From positions 1 to 41,860 of the forward strand of contig CAIYWO010000101.1 in the NCBI GenBank assembly GCA_903929925.1: DNA of 41,860 nt, in the 5' to 3' direction. The notes beneath the pieces are model-generated. The model saw only the letters and a list, made by a program, of their open reading frames with translations, ran no database searches and was not told where the DNA came from. Below, one piece after another: positions 1-10,129 of the stretch. The position numbers and the translations under genes are program-made. The stretch comes from an uncultured beta proteobacterium (GTDB taxonomy: Bacteria > Pseudomonadota > Gammaproteobacteria > Burkholderiales > Burkholderiaceae_B). Positions within the stretch are counted from its first letter, which is position 1; each line of letters begins with the position of its first letter.

Positions 1-22
1 CGTAGAGACCTGCTTTGACTAG

Positions 23-340
23 TTAGGGATTAGGGCCCCAGGGCGCGCCGAGTAACAGCTTGTTTTCTTGTTGCTGCAACATTGGGCGCAGTTGTTTGGC
101 GAAGTTCATGAAGGCCTGATCGCCGTAAACGCCTGCCCAAACGGCACGACGGTCTGCGTCGTCATCAAACTTCCAGAGGTGGACGAGTTGATTCAGTGCA
201 CCGATATCGCCAGTAAAGTAGCCGCAAAGTTTTTGCGGGTGCTTTGACAGTGCAGGCCATCCTTCTGCTTTGTAGAGCGCCACCACGTCGTTCATCTTGC
301 CGACTGTGACGGTATACGTGCGTAATTCATAAATTGCCAT
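23..340 (-). CDS. NIPSNAP family protein
   Basis: 105 aa; IYELRTY start, G-LNQLVHLW-F----DR pattern typical of NIPSNAP; GGAG RBS upstream. Confidence 0.9.
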   Translation of the reverse strand: MAIYELRTYTVTVGKMNDVVALYKAEGWPALSKHPQKLCGYFTGDIGALNQLVHLWKFDDDADRRAVWAGVYGDQAFMNFAKQLRPMLQQQENKLLLGAPWGPNP

Positions 341-360
341 ATGTGTCTCCGTTGTAAAAG

Positions 361-2088
361 TTATATTGCGATGCTTTGTGCTTGTTGTGCGCCGCGAATA
401 AGCTTGCCTGGTAGTGCTCCGGTCGCGACACCATTTTGATAAGTTACAACGCCCGACACGATGGTCGCTACAAAGCCCTCAGCGCTTTGTCCTAGGCGAC
501 GGCCGCCAGCCGGCAAGTCGTTGACGATTTTTGGAGCATGTAGCTTCAGTTTTGCAAAATCGATAATGTTGATATCGCCTTTGTAGCCTGGCTTGAGTTG
601 TCCGCGATCATTGAGCCCGACCGTTGCTGCAGTGTCTTGCGTTTGCCACTTGACGAGATCTTCCAGCGGGATTTTTTCTCCGCGGGTACGGTCTCGTGCC
701 CAGTGGGTCAGCAAATAAGTTGGAAAACTCGTGTCACAGATATACCCGTAGTGCGCGCCGCCATCACTCAGGCCGGGGACTGTATCGCGATCGAGCAACA
801 TTTCTCTTAGGACGTCATGATTTTGATCTGCGTAGTTGTAGAGCGGACGGTAGAGCATCGCAGTACCGTCATTGCCTAGTAGATAGTCGTAGGCGAAAGC
901 AGCAGGCTCTTGACCCGCTCGGCGTGCACGCCCAGCAATGCTATCTTCCGGCGCTGGTTCGTAGTCTGGTGGGTCTCCAAGAGGAAAGAGGTTCTCGAAG
1001 TTAGCCACACGGCGCTTGTACATCGCCTCGGTGTGTTCTTCAGCGAGAATTTTTTCGCGAACAGCTGGGTCGCGGAGTTGTTTAAGGCGTTCCTCAGGGC
1101 TCAGATTTCTGAGCGCTTCAAATGAGGGGAGTTGCGTGAAGGGGCAAAGTGATAGCGCAAAACTGAAAATCAGCGCGACCGGACGGGCACCAACTTGCGC
1201 CTTCATCTTGAGCCCTGCATCGGTCGCATCATGCATGTGTTCCATGACGCGTCGCCAGCGATTTGGGAGGTGTTCATGCTGCAGCAAGGTCAAGGAGAGT
1301 GGGCGACCCGAAGCTTCGACAATCCGGCGCAACATGGCGAACTCGGCATCGACATCGTCGAAGTCTGTCACCAATTGCAGTGTGCCTAAGCCAATGTCTC
1401 CGAGTCCTTTCGCAATCGTAGTCAACTCACTTTCTGCAGCGCCCAGACTTGGTGTCTGACTTCCATCACTGCTACGGTGCAAGATGGTACGCGAGGTCGT
1501 AAATCCAAGCGCACCTGCTTTGACGGCCTCTGCCGCAAGGCGGGCCATCTCTGCATTGTCTTTCGCGGTGGCGGGCTCGCGCGCTGCGCCACGATCACCC
1601 ATGACATGAATACGCAGTGGCGCATGACCGATTTGTGTTGCCACATCGATATCGAATTGTCGCGCTTCCAAAGCATCGAGGTACTCAGGAAAAGTACTCC
1701 AGTTCCAGGGCAACCCCTCCTCAAGCACGATGCCAGGGATGTCTTCTACGCCTTCCATGAGTCGCATCATGATGCCGCGATGCTCTTCTTTACAGGGAGC
1801 AAAACCCACACCACAGTTACCCATGACGACTGTGGTGACACCTAACTGGGACGAGGAGGCAAGCTTATTGCTCCACGTCACCTGTCCGTCATAGTGTGTG
1901 TGGATGTCGACAAACCCCGGCGTGACGAGCATGCCTTTCGCATCGATCTCTTTGTCCGCAGTGCCGGAGACTGAACCGACCTGAGCAATGAGCCCATTCA
2001 TTATTTTTATATCGCCGACAAATGGTTTGCCGCCAGAGCCGTCAACAATCAGACCGTTCCGAATAATAAGAGTCGCTGCGCTTGTCAT
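361..2088 (-). CDS. N-acyl-D-amino-acid deacylase (D-aminoacylase)-like amidohydrolase
   Basis: 575 aa; PGFVDIHTHYD metal motif, GNCGVGFAP, SDGGAH, GYKGDINI. Confidence 0.85.
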   Translation of the reverse strand: MTSAATLIIRNGLIVDGSGGKPFVGDIKIMNGLIAQVGSVSGTADKEIDAKGMLVTPGFVDIHTHYDGQVTWSNKLASSSQLGVTTVVMGNCGVGFAPCKEEHRGIMMRLMEGVEDIPGIVLEEGLPWNWSTFPEYLDALEARQFDIDVATQIGHAPLRIHVMGDRGAAREPATAKDNAEMARLAAEAVKAGALGFTTSRTILHRSSDGSQTPSLGAAESELTTIAKGLGDIGLGTLQLVTDFDDVDAEFAMLRRIVEASGRPLSLTLLQHEHLPNRWRRVMEHMHDATDAGLKMKAQVGARPVALIFSFALSLCPFTQLPSFEALRNLSPEERLKQLRDPAVREKILAEEHTEAMYKRRVANFENLFPLGDPPDYEPAPEDSIAGRARRAGQEPAAFAYDYLLGNDGTAMLYRPLYNYADQNHDVLREMLLDRDTVPGLSDGGAHYGYICDTSFPTYLLTHWARDRTRGEKIPLEDLVKWQTQDTAATVGLNDRGQLKPGYKGDINIIDFAKLKLHAPKIVNDLPAGGRRLGQSAEGFVATIVSGVVTYQNGVATGALPGKLIRGAQQAQSIAI

Positions 2089-2105
2089 AATCAGTTTTTA
2101 TCAGT

Positions 2106-3569
2106 TTAGGTAGGAAACTGCGCCATCACTTGTGCCACTGCGGCAGTGAGTTTTTTGGCATAAGGGACATGTAAAAACTCGTTAGGGCCGTGTGCGTTGG
2201 ATTTTGGTCCGAGAACGCCGCAGACCATCATCTGCGCCTTTGGGAAACCTTGGCTCAGCAAGTTCATCAATGGGATCGTACCGCCTTGACCGATGTATCC
2301 GACAGGTGCCTGAAAGTGCGCCATGCTGGCACTGTTGAGCGCCTGCTCAAACCAGGGTGCGGTGCTGGGTGCGTTCCAACCGCTTGAGGCGCCTTCGGCA
2401 TGGAAGGTGACTTTAGCTTGATAGGGTGCATTGTCTTCGAGCAGCGTCTTGAGTTCGGCTACGGCGGCAGCGGCGTCGATAAGCGGGGGCAGTCTTAAAC
2501 TCAGTTTGAAGGCTGTGTAGGGACGTAAAACATTGCCCGCGTCTTTGAGTGCGGGGAAGCCTTCCGCACCTGTGACGCTAAGTGTTGGCATCCATGTTCG
2601 ACGTACGAGCGCCTCGACAGGATCTAGTGTGGTGGGAATCGCAAAGAGCGTTGAACCACCGCAATCGTGGTGTGCCCATGGGAAGCGCTTGTAAATCTGA
2701 TCGCCAAGGATCGCGGCTGTTGCTTGCGCTTGTTGTTTGCGCTCAACAGGCATTTCGCAATGAAAGCTTTGTGGCAAGAGCCTGCCGGTTGCGCTGTCCT
2801 CCAGGCGATCGAGCACTTGCCGCATGATGCGAAAGCTGGAGGGAACCAAACCCGAGGCGTCGCCTGAATGAATGCCTTCCGTTAGGATTTCGACTTTCAG
2901 GACACCTGCTGCCATACCGCGCAGGCTCGTCGTCAGCCACAACTGATCGTAGTTGCCTGCGCCGCTATCCAGACAAATGACCAAGCCTACGTCGCCCATT
3001 TTGGGTTTTAAAATATCGATGTAAGGCAGTAAGTCAGGCGAGCCACTTTCTTCACAGGTTTCAATCAAACCCACAATCCGAGGGTGCTCGACCTTCTGTT
3101 CTTTAAGTGCCTGGATGGCGGTAATGGCTGCATAGGCTGCATAGCCATCATCAGCACCCCCGCGTCCGTAAAGCTTGCCATCGAGATACTTCGGCGTCCA
3201 GGGACCAAGGCCTGCACGCCAACCGTCGAACTCCGGTTGCTTATCCAGGTGACCGTACATCAGTATGGTTTGGCTGTTCGGAGTTGTTGTCCGAGTGGCC
3301 GCCACGTCAAAGAACATCACAGGTGTGCGACCGGGCAGTCGAAGGACCTCGAGCTTGAGGCCGGGTACCTTTTGCGCTTCGATCCAGGATGCCGCACGTT
3401 GCAAGACAGTATCGAGGTATCCTGCCTTGAGCCAGTCTGGATCAAAGGCAGGAGATTTCGCAGGAATTTCAATGTAGGCGCTCAGTTGCCCGACAAGATC
3501 CTCGTCCCAGGCCTGCGTTACCGAAGAGAGAACTTGAGCGGTATCTAGATTTGGGACGGATGCGTTCAT
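2106..3569 (-). CDS. M20/M25/M40 family metallopeptidase (dipeptidase-like)
   Basis: YGHLDKQP, LYGRGGADDG, CEESGS, NAHGPNE motifs. Start moved from 3629 to the ATG at 3569, which follows an AAGGAAA RBS and avoids overlap with glcB. Confidence 0.88.
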   Translation of the reverse strand: MNASVPNLDTAQVLSSVTQAWDEDLVGQLSAYIEIPAKSPAFDPDWLKAGYLDTVLQRAASWIEAQKVPGLKLEVLRLPGRTPVMFFDVAATRTTTPNSQTILMYGHLDKQPEFDGWRAGLGPWTPKYLDGKLYGRGGADDGYAAYAAITAIQALKEQKVEHPRIVGLIETCEESGSPDLLPYIDILKPKMGDVGLVICLDSGAGNYDQLWLTTSLRGMAAGVLKVEILTEGIHSGDASGLVPSSFRIMRQVLDRLEDSATGRLLPQSFHCEMPVERKQQAQATAAILGDQIYKRFPWAHHDCGGSTLFAIPTTLDPVEALVRRTWMPTLSVTGAEGFPALKDAGNVLRPYTAFKLSLRLPPLIDAAAAVAELKTLLEDNAPYQAKVTFHAEGASSGWNAPSTAPWFEQALNSASMAHFQAPVGYIGQGGTIPLMNLLSQGFPKAQMMVCGVLGPKSNAHGPNEFLHVPYAKKLTAAVAQVMAQFPT

Positions 3570-3594
3570 CAAATTTCCTTTGTTGATCGACTGG

Positions 3595-5805
3595 TTAGGC
3601 GTGTGCTTTAACTTTGAGACGCCAAGCATGCAATAGAGGCTCGGTGTAGCCGCTAGGCTGCTCGAGTCCTTTTAGTACCAGGTCTCGCGCCGCGCGGTAA
3701 GCGTAGGATGCTTCAAAATTTGGTGCCATTGGCTTATAGAGCGGATCCCCCGCATTTTGACCATCCACGACTTTCGCCATGCGTTGCAAGGTTTCGTTGA
3801 CTTGCGCTTCAGTGACAATGCCATGGTGGAGCCAGTTCGCAATGTGCTGGCTCGAAATGCGCAATGTTGCGCGGTCTTCCATGAGGCCGACGTTGTGAAT
3901 ATCTGGAACTTTAGAGCAACCGACACCCTGATCAATCCAGCGAACCACGTAACCAAGAATCCCTTGCGCATTGTTGTCCAGCTCTTGCTGAATATCCGAC
4001 GCGGACCAAGACGGTTTTGTGGCAACTGGAATTTGCAAGATGTCGTTCAGCAAGCGATCAATTTCTGCGGGTGCGTCAAGTTTTTCAAGTTCGGACTGAA
4101 CAGCTGACACATCCACTTGGTGATAGTGCAGGGCGTGCAAGGTTGCGGCCGTAGGCGAGGGCACCCATGCCGTGTTAGCGCCCGCCTTGGGATGTGCAAT
4201 TTTTTGTTCAAGCATTGCCGCCATCAGATCTGGCATGGCCCACATACCTTTGCCGATTTGAGCGCGACCGCGCAGCCCGCATGACAAGCCTGTCAGGACG
4301 TTGCTACGCTCGTAAGCGGATAGCCAAGCGCTGGATTTCATGTCGCCCTTGCGGATCATCGGACCAGCTTGCATTGCTGTGTGCATTTCATCGCCGGTCC
4401 GATCAAGGAAGCCTGTGTTGATGAATGCGACGCGCGCAGGTGCTGCATTGATGCATGCCTTGAGGTTGACGCTCGTGCGACGCTCTTCGTCCATGATGCC
4501 GAGTTTGACGGTGTTGGCAGGTAAGCCAAGAATGGTCTCAACGCGACCGAACAGTTCGTTCGCAAAAGCGACTTCTGCTGGGCCATGCATCTTGGGCTTG
4601 ACGATATAGACTGAACCAGTGCGCGAATTGCCAAAGGCGTGCTCTTTGTTTCTCTTTAAGTCGTGTAATGCGATTGCGACTGTGACGACGGCATCCAGAA
4701 TACCCTCGAAGATTTCGTTGCCGTTGCCGTCGATGATCGCTGGGTTAGTCATCAAGTGACCAACGTTACGCAGAAACAGCAAGGACCGTCCGTGCAGGGT
4801 GATCACGCCATCTTTAGCGGAATGCGCGCCGGCAGCGGCTGTGTATTTGCGATCAGCGTTGAGCGTACGGTTAAACGTCTTGCCGCCTTTGCTCACGCTT
4901 TCTACCAAGGTGCCTTTTAAGATGCCAAGCCAATTGCTGTAGGCCAGCACTTTGTCGTCAGCATCCACCACAGCAACAGAGTCTTCTAAATCGAGAATCG
5001 TCGACAGTGCCGCTTCAAGAATAATGTCGCTGACACCTGCCGGATCCGTTTGACCAATGCTGGTGGTGCTGTCGATTTGAATATCAATGTGCAATCCGTG
5101 ATTCACAAGCAGTATCGCACTCGGGGCAGACGCATCCCCTTGGTAGCCGACGAATTTGTTGCCATCAGCCAGTCCGGTGATTGCGCCATTCTTGAGCGTT
5201 GCCGTTAAGGTCCCGGCTTTGACCGCGTAGCGTGTGACGTCACTGTGCGATCCCGATGCGAGGGGCGCAGCTTGATCCAGAAACTTGCGGCCATAGGCGA
5301 TCACCTTGGCTCCGCGCACTGGGTTGTAGCCACCAGCGCGCGTTGCACCTCCGTCTTCAGAGATTGCATCGGTGCCGTACAGTGCATCGTACAAGGAACC
5401 CCAGCGTGCATTAGCTGCATTCAGTGCATAGCGTGCATTGAGAACAGGAACGACGAGCTGAGGTCCGGCCTGCAGTGCTAACTCGGCATCGACATTGGTC
5501 GTTGTTGCCTTCGCGTTGGCTGGGATCGGAGCAAGGTAGCCAATTTTTGTGAGAAACGCCTTGTAAGCAACCATGTCTTGAATAGGACCGGGGTGCGCAC
5601 GATGCCATGTGTCCATCTCAGTTTGAATCCGATCACGCTCGGCCAGCAGGGCTGCATTTTTTGGGCCAAGGTCGTGCACGATTGCATCGAAGCCTTTCCA
5701 GAAATCGGCGCTAGTTACGCCAGTGCCCGGAAGTACTTGCTGTTCGATGAAGTTGTAGAGTGGGGTGGCGACCTGAAGGCGGTGGCAAGAGGTGCGGGCA
5801 GTCAT
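3595..5805 (-). CDS. glcB: Malate synthase G
   Basis: 736 aa; [66 protein letters not shown]. Confidence 0.97.
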   Translation of the reverse strand: MTARTSCHRLQVATPLYNFIEQQVLPGTGVTSADFWKGFDAIVHDLGPKNAALLAERDRIQTEMDTWHRAHPGPIQDMVAYKAFLTKIGYLAPIPANAKATTTNVDAELALQAGPQLVVPVLNARYALNAANARWGSLYDALYGTDAISEDGGATRAGGYNPVRGAKVIAYGRKFLDQAAPLASGSHSDVTRYAVKAGTLTATLKNGAITGLADGNKFVGYQGDASAPSAILLVNHGLHIDIQIDSTTSIGQTDPAGVSDIILEAALSTILDLEDSVAVVDADDKVLAYSNWLGILKGTLVESVSKGGKTFNRTLNADRKYTAAAGAHSAKDGVITLHGRSLLFLRNVGHLMTNPAIIDGNGNEIFEGILDAVVTVAIALHDLKRNKEHAFGNSRTGSVYIVKPKMHGPAEVAFANELFGRVETILGLPANTVKLGIMDEERRTSVNLKACINAAPARVAFINTGFLDRTGDEMHTAMQAGPMIRKGDMKSSAWLSAYERSNVLTGLSCGLRGRAQIGKGMWAMPDLMAAMLEQKIAHPKAGANTAWVPSPTAATLHALHYHQVDVSAVQSELEKLDAPAEIDRLLNDILQIPVATKPSWSASDIQQELDNNAQGILGYVVRWIDQGVGCSKVPDIHNVGLMEDRATLRISSQHIANWLHHGIVTEAQVNETLQRMAKVVDGQNAGDPLYKPMAPNFEASYAYRAARDLVLKGLEQPSGYTEPLLHAWRLKVKAHA

Positions 5806-5901
5806 GCTTGGTGGGCCTTTGTGAATATGAATAAATAATTGACTATTTTACTAAGGAATTCCGTCCGAAATGACGGTCCCCACGCTGTTTAAAGGGTTGA
5901 G

Positions 5902-8070
5902 CTAGAACACATAAGAGGTCAAGCCTGCCCGGATTTGCTCGAGCGAAAGTTTTGATACCCAGGCGGCTGCCGCCGAGGCCAGAATTGTTTCGAGCGTTTG
6001 AGGGGTGTTTCTGGCTTGAGGGGAGAGCACGTCGAGCGAAAAGACCGGGAGACGTTCAGTTCCGGTTATTAGAGTTACGTGCGAGTTCTCAACGGATACG
6101 GCGCGTTTGCCGGCGGCAACGTGCTCTTGTAAAACTTTGTTGTCGGGGCAGCTTGCGTAGAAAATGACTTCGCCGTCGCAGAACTCGGCCAAGGCCACAA
6201 CGTTTTCGTCTTGTGCATTGAGGATCCCGTGACCTGTTGTGTACACAACATCGACTTGCGTACGGAAAATCTTAATCAGATCCTCAGCATTCTCGAAAGC
6301 GTGATACGCAATATCCGGATGTTCATATACATCAGAATATGCGATGCTGGTGACAATGCCAACACTACAGTGTTCATAGGCAAGTCCTTCAGTCAGAATT
6401 TGCACGCCTTGATTCTCGATCACTGCTGCTTCGACGTCTTTGTTTAGTAGGACCCGCTGGGCTTGTTTCCAGTTCGCGCTGTCCTGTTGGTTTAATACGC
6501 GACTACCGACATACAGTCCTGATGTATTAGCTAGGGCGACACAATCACCACTCTGTTTGAGTAGGTGAAAAACTAGATTAGACACTTCGGTGGTGCCGCT
6601 CGATCCACTGACGCCGATGATTGGGATGCTACCGTTTTCTTCACCCGGGAAGATGTAATCAATGATTGCACGTCCAACCGGTTGCGGTGTGCCTTCGGCT
6701 GGCTTGAGATGCATAAGTAGGCCAGGGCCAGCGTTGACCTCTACGATTGCGGCGCCCTGCCCGAGCAAAGGCTTAGAAATGTCTTCCGCGACCAAGTCGA
6801 TACCCGCGATATCCAAGCCAACAGTCTTTGCCGCTAGAGCAGCCATGGCAGCAACTTCCGGATGCACTTCACTCGTACAGTCGAACGCGACGTTTCCGTT
6901 GCGCTGAATTAAAACTTCGCGCCCAGCTGGGATCACGCTGTCAGCATGAAAGCCTTGGCGTTTAAGTTCAAGTCGTGCAGCGGAGTCGATGCGAATGGGG
7001 TTCAGTGGTTGTTCTTCGCCGCTACCACGACGCGGATCGGAGTTGATCTGTGAGGCAATCAGTTCGTTAACCGTCTGCTTGCCATCGCCAATCACGCTTG
7101 CCATCTGACCCTTCGCTGCGGCAGCGAGCTTGCCACCCACAACGAGCAAGCGATGTTCGTTGCCACGGATGAATTTCTCAACGAGGACGCCAGAGCCCTC
7201 ATCAACGGCGACTTCGTAGGCAGCTTCAATTTCTTGTTGTGTTTCAAGATTGATGAAGACGCCGCGTCCATGGTTGCCATCAAGCGGCTTGACCACGACG
7301 GGCAATCCGATATCTTGAGCTGCATCCCAAGCGTCGGCTGCGCTGTCGACGGCCCGGCCTTGAGGGATAGGCACCCCGCAGGCCTCTAGAAGAGATTTCG
7401 TCAGATCTTTGTCGCGCGAGATCGTCTCGGCGATCGCACTTGTCTGGTCTGTTTCTGCTGTCCAGATGCGGCGCTGCTTGGCGCCATAGCCCAATTGAAC
7501 GAGATTTGCAGAGCTCAAGCGGGTGGCGGCGATTCGCCGATCATCGGCCGCGAGCACCATCGAGGCGGTGCTTGGTCCAAGGCATAGATCCTGCGCGAGA
7601 TCACGCAGCGATTCGAGCGCAGCGTCAAAATCATAAGGTTGGCTCTCAATCAATGCGAGAACTAAATCACGGGCTGTGTAGAGTGCGGCGCGTGTGACGT
7701 CTTCTTGCCATCCGCTAATCATCACTTTATAGACACCACGCTCTTCAGTTTCGCGCGCGCGTCCAAAGCCATAGCCGGGGACACCCGCTAGGTCTTGGAG
7801 AGCCAGCGCGACATGCTCCATAATGTGGCAGGGCCAAGTGCCCTCTTTAAGGCGCATTAAAAAGCCACCCCGCACACCAGGACTGCAGCGGTGCTCAATC
7901 AAGCTTGGGATCATGGTGGTCAGTCGTTCGTACAGACCAGGGACTGTATTAGAAGGGCAGTCCTCTAGATCGCCGATATCGACGAGCGCCTCGAGCGTGG
8001 CGCGGTAGGCCCAAATGTTTGGCCCCCGCAAATAGATGATTCGCCGAATAACGATGTCGCGCTTGGTCAT
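5902..8070 (-). CDS. cphA: Cyanophycin synthetase family protein, short form with degenerate Mur-ligase domain
   Basis: LRGPNIW start, HRCS...HIMEH N domain, LVQLGYG, VVVKPLDGNHGRGV and EVNAGPGL ATP-grasp motifs; P-loop reads GSSGTT; start ATG 8070 (alternative GTG 8079). Confidence 0.9.
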   Translation of the reverse strand: MTKRDIVIRRIIYLRGPNIWAYRATLEALVDIGDLEDCPSNTVPGLYERLTTMIPSLIEHRCSPGVRGGFLMRLKEGTWPCHIMEHVALALQDLAGVPGYGFGRARETEERGVYKVMISGWQEDVTRAALYTARDLVLALIESQPYDFDAALESLRDLAQDLCLGPSTASMVLAADDRRIAATRLSSANLVQLGYGAKQRRIWTAETDQTSAIAETISRDKDLTKSLLEACGVPIPQGRAVDSAADAWDAAQDIGLPVVVKPLDGNHGRGVFINLETQQEIEAAYEVAVDEGSGVLVEKFIRGNEHRLLVVGGKLAAAAKGQMASVIGDGKQTVNELIASQINSDPRRGSGEEQPLNPIRIDSAARLELKRQGFHADSVIPAGREVLIQRNGNVAFDCTSEVHPEVAAMAALAAKTVGLDIAGIDLVAEDISKPLLGQGAAIVEVNAGPGLLMHLKPAEGTPQPVGRAIIDYIFPGEENGSIPIIGVSGSSGTTEVSNLVFHLLKQSGDCVALANTSGLYVGSRVLNQQDSANWKQAQRVLLNKDVEAAVIENQGVQILTEGLAYEHCSVGIVTSIAYSDVYEHPDIAYHAFENAEDLIKIFRTQVDVVYTTGHGILNAQDENVVALAEFCDGEVIFYASCPDNKVLQEHVAAGKRAVSVENSHVTLITGTERLPVFSLDVLSPQARNTPQTLETILASAAAAWVSKLSLEQIRAGLTSYVF

Positions 8071-8152
8071 GATGCACACAAGGATGTTTCCAAGCGCTTA
8101 TTATCACCTTAAAACTGCTGCGAAATACGTCTGTTTTTGACGTGAATTTGTA

Positions 8153-9175
8153 CTAACGCGGTTTGCGCCCCTTGATTGGATACTGGGGGTCGACAAAGCC
8201 GTGCGTTGAGGCGTAGCCGGGTGGTACGAGTGAATCAACGAGGGTCTCATCTTCGGGCTGTAATTGCACGGCTAATGCCGCCACATAGTCCTTCCATTGT
8301 TCAAGTGTACGTGGACCGCCGATGACACCGCTTAAGAGCTTGTTGTTCAGTGCCCAAGCAATCGCGAACTGTGTGGCACTCAGGTTACGGCTTTCAGCAT
8401 ACTTTTTCAGGGCGTTCGCGATTTCGAGGGATTCAGGACGAAATTCCGTTTGATGGATCCGGCGATCACCGCGTCCGGCTCGACTTTGCGCATCAGGCTC
8501 TACGTTTGGCGCATATTTTCCTGTGAGGACGCCGCGCGCCAGTGGACTGTAGGCTACAACGCCTACACCGTAATGTTCGCAGGCAGGAATCACCTCTGTT
8601 TCGATCAGGCGCGTGACTGCACTGTAGGGCGGTTGGCAGACGATTGGTTGTGGGATCCCCATCTTTCTTGCGGTCTCTACCATGCGGGCGACGCGCCAGC
8701 CACGGAAATTAGAAATGCCGTAATAGCGAATCTTCCCTTGCTCAATCAGTCTGGCAAAGGTCGATAAAGTTTCTTCGATCGGCGTGACTTCGTCATCCTT
8801 GTGCATGTAGTACACATCGATCCAGTCGGTGCCGAGGCGCTTGAGACTGTTATCCACTTCTTGTGCGACCCAGCGTCGCGACAACCCCTTGTCATTTGGC
8901 TCCTTGCCGATTGCGTTGGCGACTTTGGTGGCAAGCACCCAGCGCGAACGATCTTTTGCAATCAGTCGTCCGACCATGCGCTCGGATTCACCATTCGCGT
9001 AATTGTCAGCGGTGTCGATCGCGTTGAGGCCTGCGTCACGAGTGACAGCGACCATCTCGCGCGCGACGTTTTCGTCGGTCTGGTCGCCAAACATCATCGC
9101 GCCCAGCCAAAGGCGCGGTACGCGCAGGCCGCTATTTCCGAGCGTGATGTATTGTGGCGTAGTAGTGGTTGTCAT
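8153..9175 (-). CDS. Aldo/keto reductase
   Basis: LGNSGLRV--LWLGAMMFG, IDTADNY, LATKV, SLKRLGTDWIDVYYMH, YSPLARGVLTGKY. Confidence 0.92.
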   Translation of the reverse strand: MTTTTTPQYITLGNSGLRVPRLWLGAMMFGDQTDENVAREMVAVTRDAGLNAIDTADNYANGESERMVGRLIAKDRSRWVLATKVANAIGKEPNDKGLSRRWVAQEVDNSLKRLGTDWIDVYYMHKDDEVTPIEETLSTFARLIEQGKIRYYGISNFRGWRVARMVETARKMGIPQPIVCQPPYSAVTRLIETEVIPACEHYGVGVVAYSPLARGVLTGKYAPNVEPDAQSRAGRGDRRIHQTEFRPESLEIANALKKYAESRNLSATQFAIAWALNNKLLSGVIGGPRTLEQWKDYVAALAVQLQPEDETLVDSLVPPGYASTHGFVDPQYPIKGRKPR

Positions 9176-9225
9176 GATGTGTGTACGTAGAAAAATAGGT
9201 GTGGTTTACTTGAGCGATGACGTTA

Positions 9226-10101
9226 TCACACGGCGAGCTTGGCAATTTTCTCGTGGATAGCCAGTATGCGTTGGGCGGCGTATACGATCGGGTAGTCGAT
9301 GAACTGCCCGTCAAGTTGGATGGACGATGAGCCGGCTGCCTCGGCCGCAGCAAACGCATCGACGACGCGTTGGGCTCGGGCGACCTGTTCGGGAGTAGGC
9401 GTGAAGCAGCGATTCGCAACGGCAATTTGATCAGGGTGAATACACATCTTGCCTTGGTAGCCTAGATCCTTAATGTGCAGTGTTGATTGTTCAAAGCCTT
9501 CGGCATCCTTCAGATCAACCCAGACGGTATCAATAGGTGGCTCTTTGCCTGCGGCGCGAGACAGCAACGCAATTTGGTTTCTATACGTCAGAAGCTCCAG
9601 CTCGTTACGGGACCAACGCAGACCTAGGTCCAGCGTGAAGTCCCCAGCGCCAAAGGCAACACGCTTAATGCGGTTTGTTGTGGCAAGAATGCTGGCTAAG
9701 TTGGCGACGCCAAGCGCTGTCTCAATAATGGGCATGAGGTCAATACTGCCGAGCTTTAGGCCGCGTTCGCGCTCGAGCTGTGTAATCAGCCAGTCGGCAG
9801 TTTGTGCTTCAGCAGCGGTTTCGACTTTTGGCAAGACCACGCCATCAAGACCAGCTTGTATGGTTTCTTGTAAATCCCCGTAGGCATAGATCGTCGACAT
9901 TGGATTGACACGAACGTACCCGAGGCAGGTCCGTGGCAGTTTCATCGCTTCTACAACTTTTGCACGGCTAGGAATTTTTTCTGACACAGCGCAAGCATCC
10001 TCAAGATCGAGGATGACTGCGTCTGCGCCGAGCGTGAATGCTTTTTCAGTTCGTCGTGGATGGTTCGCCGGTGCGAAAAGAAAAGTTCTAAAGGTTCCCA
10101 T
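9226..10101 (-). CDS. CitE-like (HpcH/HpaI aldolase/citrate lyase beta) CoA-ester lyase
   Basis: RTFLFAP, ADAVILDLEDA, VRVN, LPKVE, IETALG, GKMCIHPDQI, LDGQFIDYP. Confidence 0.9.
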   Translation of the reverse strand: MGTFRTFLFAPANHPRRTEKAFTLGADAVILDLEDACAVSEKIPSRAKVVEAMKLPRTCLGYVRVNPMSTIYAYGDLQETIQAGLDGVVLPKVETAAEAQTADWLITQLERERGLKLGSIDLMPIIETALGVANLASILATTNRIKRVAFGAGDFTLDLGLRWSRNELELLTYRNQIALLSRAAGKEPPIDTVWVDLKDAEGFEQSTLHIKDLGYQGKMCIHPDQIAVANRCFTPTPEQVARAQRVVDAFAAAEAAGSSSIQLDGQFIDYPIVYAAQRILAIHEKIAKLAV

Positions 10102-10129
10102 TTGTTGCCTTAGCAGAGGTGAGTAGTGA

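Noticed and set aside
5902-8070. cphA as a frameshifted pseudogene
   Set aside because: Continuous ORF with intact N and ATP-grasp motifs; the 96 nt after the stop are too short for the missing lid and look like the glcB promoter
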